64,000 bases of DNA, from sequence record KJ019143.1. One strand, 5' to 3'. The notes beneath the pieces were generated by a model. That model saw only the letters and a program-made list of their open reading frames with translations, was not told the origin of the DNA and searched no databases. The first letter of the stretch is position 1; each line of letters starts with the position of its first letter. The position numbers and the translations under genes are program-made. Shown piece after piece: positions 63,437 to 64,000 of this stretch.

Positions 63437-63919
63437 ATGAAATACCTTGACATGTATTCCGTCTATCCTGATGGTAGAGTCCTGAGGGAAGACGGAAAGG
63501 AGATGAAACACTATACTAATCAGTATGGTTATAAGTTTGCCTCCCTAAAATGTGAGGACGGAAAGTTCCGTACCTTCTATATTCACAGAATGGTGGGTGA
63601 AGAGTGGTTGACAAACCCCTCTAACCTGCCTATAATAATGCATATCGATGATGACCCTTCTAATAACCACTGGACTAATCTTCAATGGGGCACACAGAAG
63701 GACAACATCCGTGATATGATGAAGAAGGGTAGGAGAGGGAAACCTGTGGTGGTAAAACACTATAAACTTCTATCCCCAGAGGGGAAAGTGTATGAAGTCA
63801 CTAACATGAAAGAGTTCTGTAAGGGTAAAAATCTTAGCTCTAGCAGTATGACTGGAATGTATCGTGGCTATCAGGGAAGAACCCAACACAAGGGTTGGAC
63901 TCGATATACTGAAACCTAA
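63437..63919 (+). mobile_element. Free-standing HNH homing endonuclease (NUMOD4/I-HmuI-like)
   Basis: 'YSVYPDGRV', 'YIHRMV', 'MHIDDDPSNNHWTNLQWGTQKDN'; own TGTTATAAT element. Confidence 0.88.
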
Positions 63920-63931
63920 ATATCCAGTGGC

Positions 63932-63960
63932 TTGGCATCCACAATATTATCGTGTATAAT
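63932..63960 (+). promoter_or_regulatory. Sigma70-type promoter for the gene beyond the window (probably gp32)
   Basis: TTGGCA-17 nt-TATAAT. Confidence 0.75.
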
Positions 63961-64000
63961 ATGAAAGTTCAGCCGTTATCCAACGAATCTAAAACATCCT

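Noticed and set aside
1-64000. tRNA, rRNA, integrase or IS elements
   Set aside because: No cloverleaf, rRNA, recombinase or transposase signature was recognised by eye; a tRNAscan-SE run would be decisive.

Overview
This is a 64-kb segment of a T4-like cyanobacterial myovirus (Kyanoviridae-type, probably infecting Synechococcus). All credible genes are on the + strand. In order: a glycan-modification operon (methyltransferase, GT6, two sulfotransferases, GT8-, GT32- and GT25-like enzymes, epimerase); host-derived metabolic genes (two hli, petF, psbA with a structured leader, psbD, talC); a type IV pilin cassette; small hypotheticals; about 31 kb of giant late virion/fibre genes; tail-collar paralogues; a frameshifted BspA/DUF285 repeat gene; a second sugar cluster; thyX, phoH, exonuclease, gp33, gp59; and two homing endonucleases. 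The strongest leads are: (1) a self-contained unit of promoter, NtcA-like box, tandem glutamine-riboswitch-like aptamers, a DUF4278/GifB-like 55-aa ORF absent from the ORF track, and a terminator (58456-58832); (2) a 3967-aa virion protein whose repeat half-modules nest like balanced parentheses; (3) a phage-encoded type IV pilin plus a pilin-like partner; (4) an exact 73-bp duplication that frameshifts the BspA gene; (5) a 16-bp direct repeat flanking a GIY-YIG gene. Family names come from motif recognition by eye and from memory, not from database searches.
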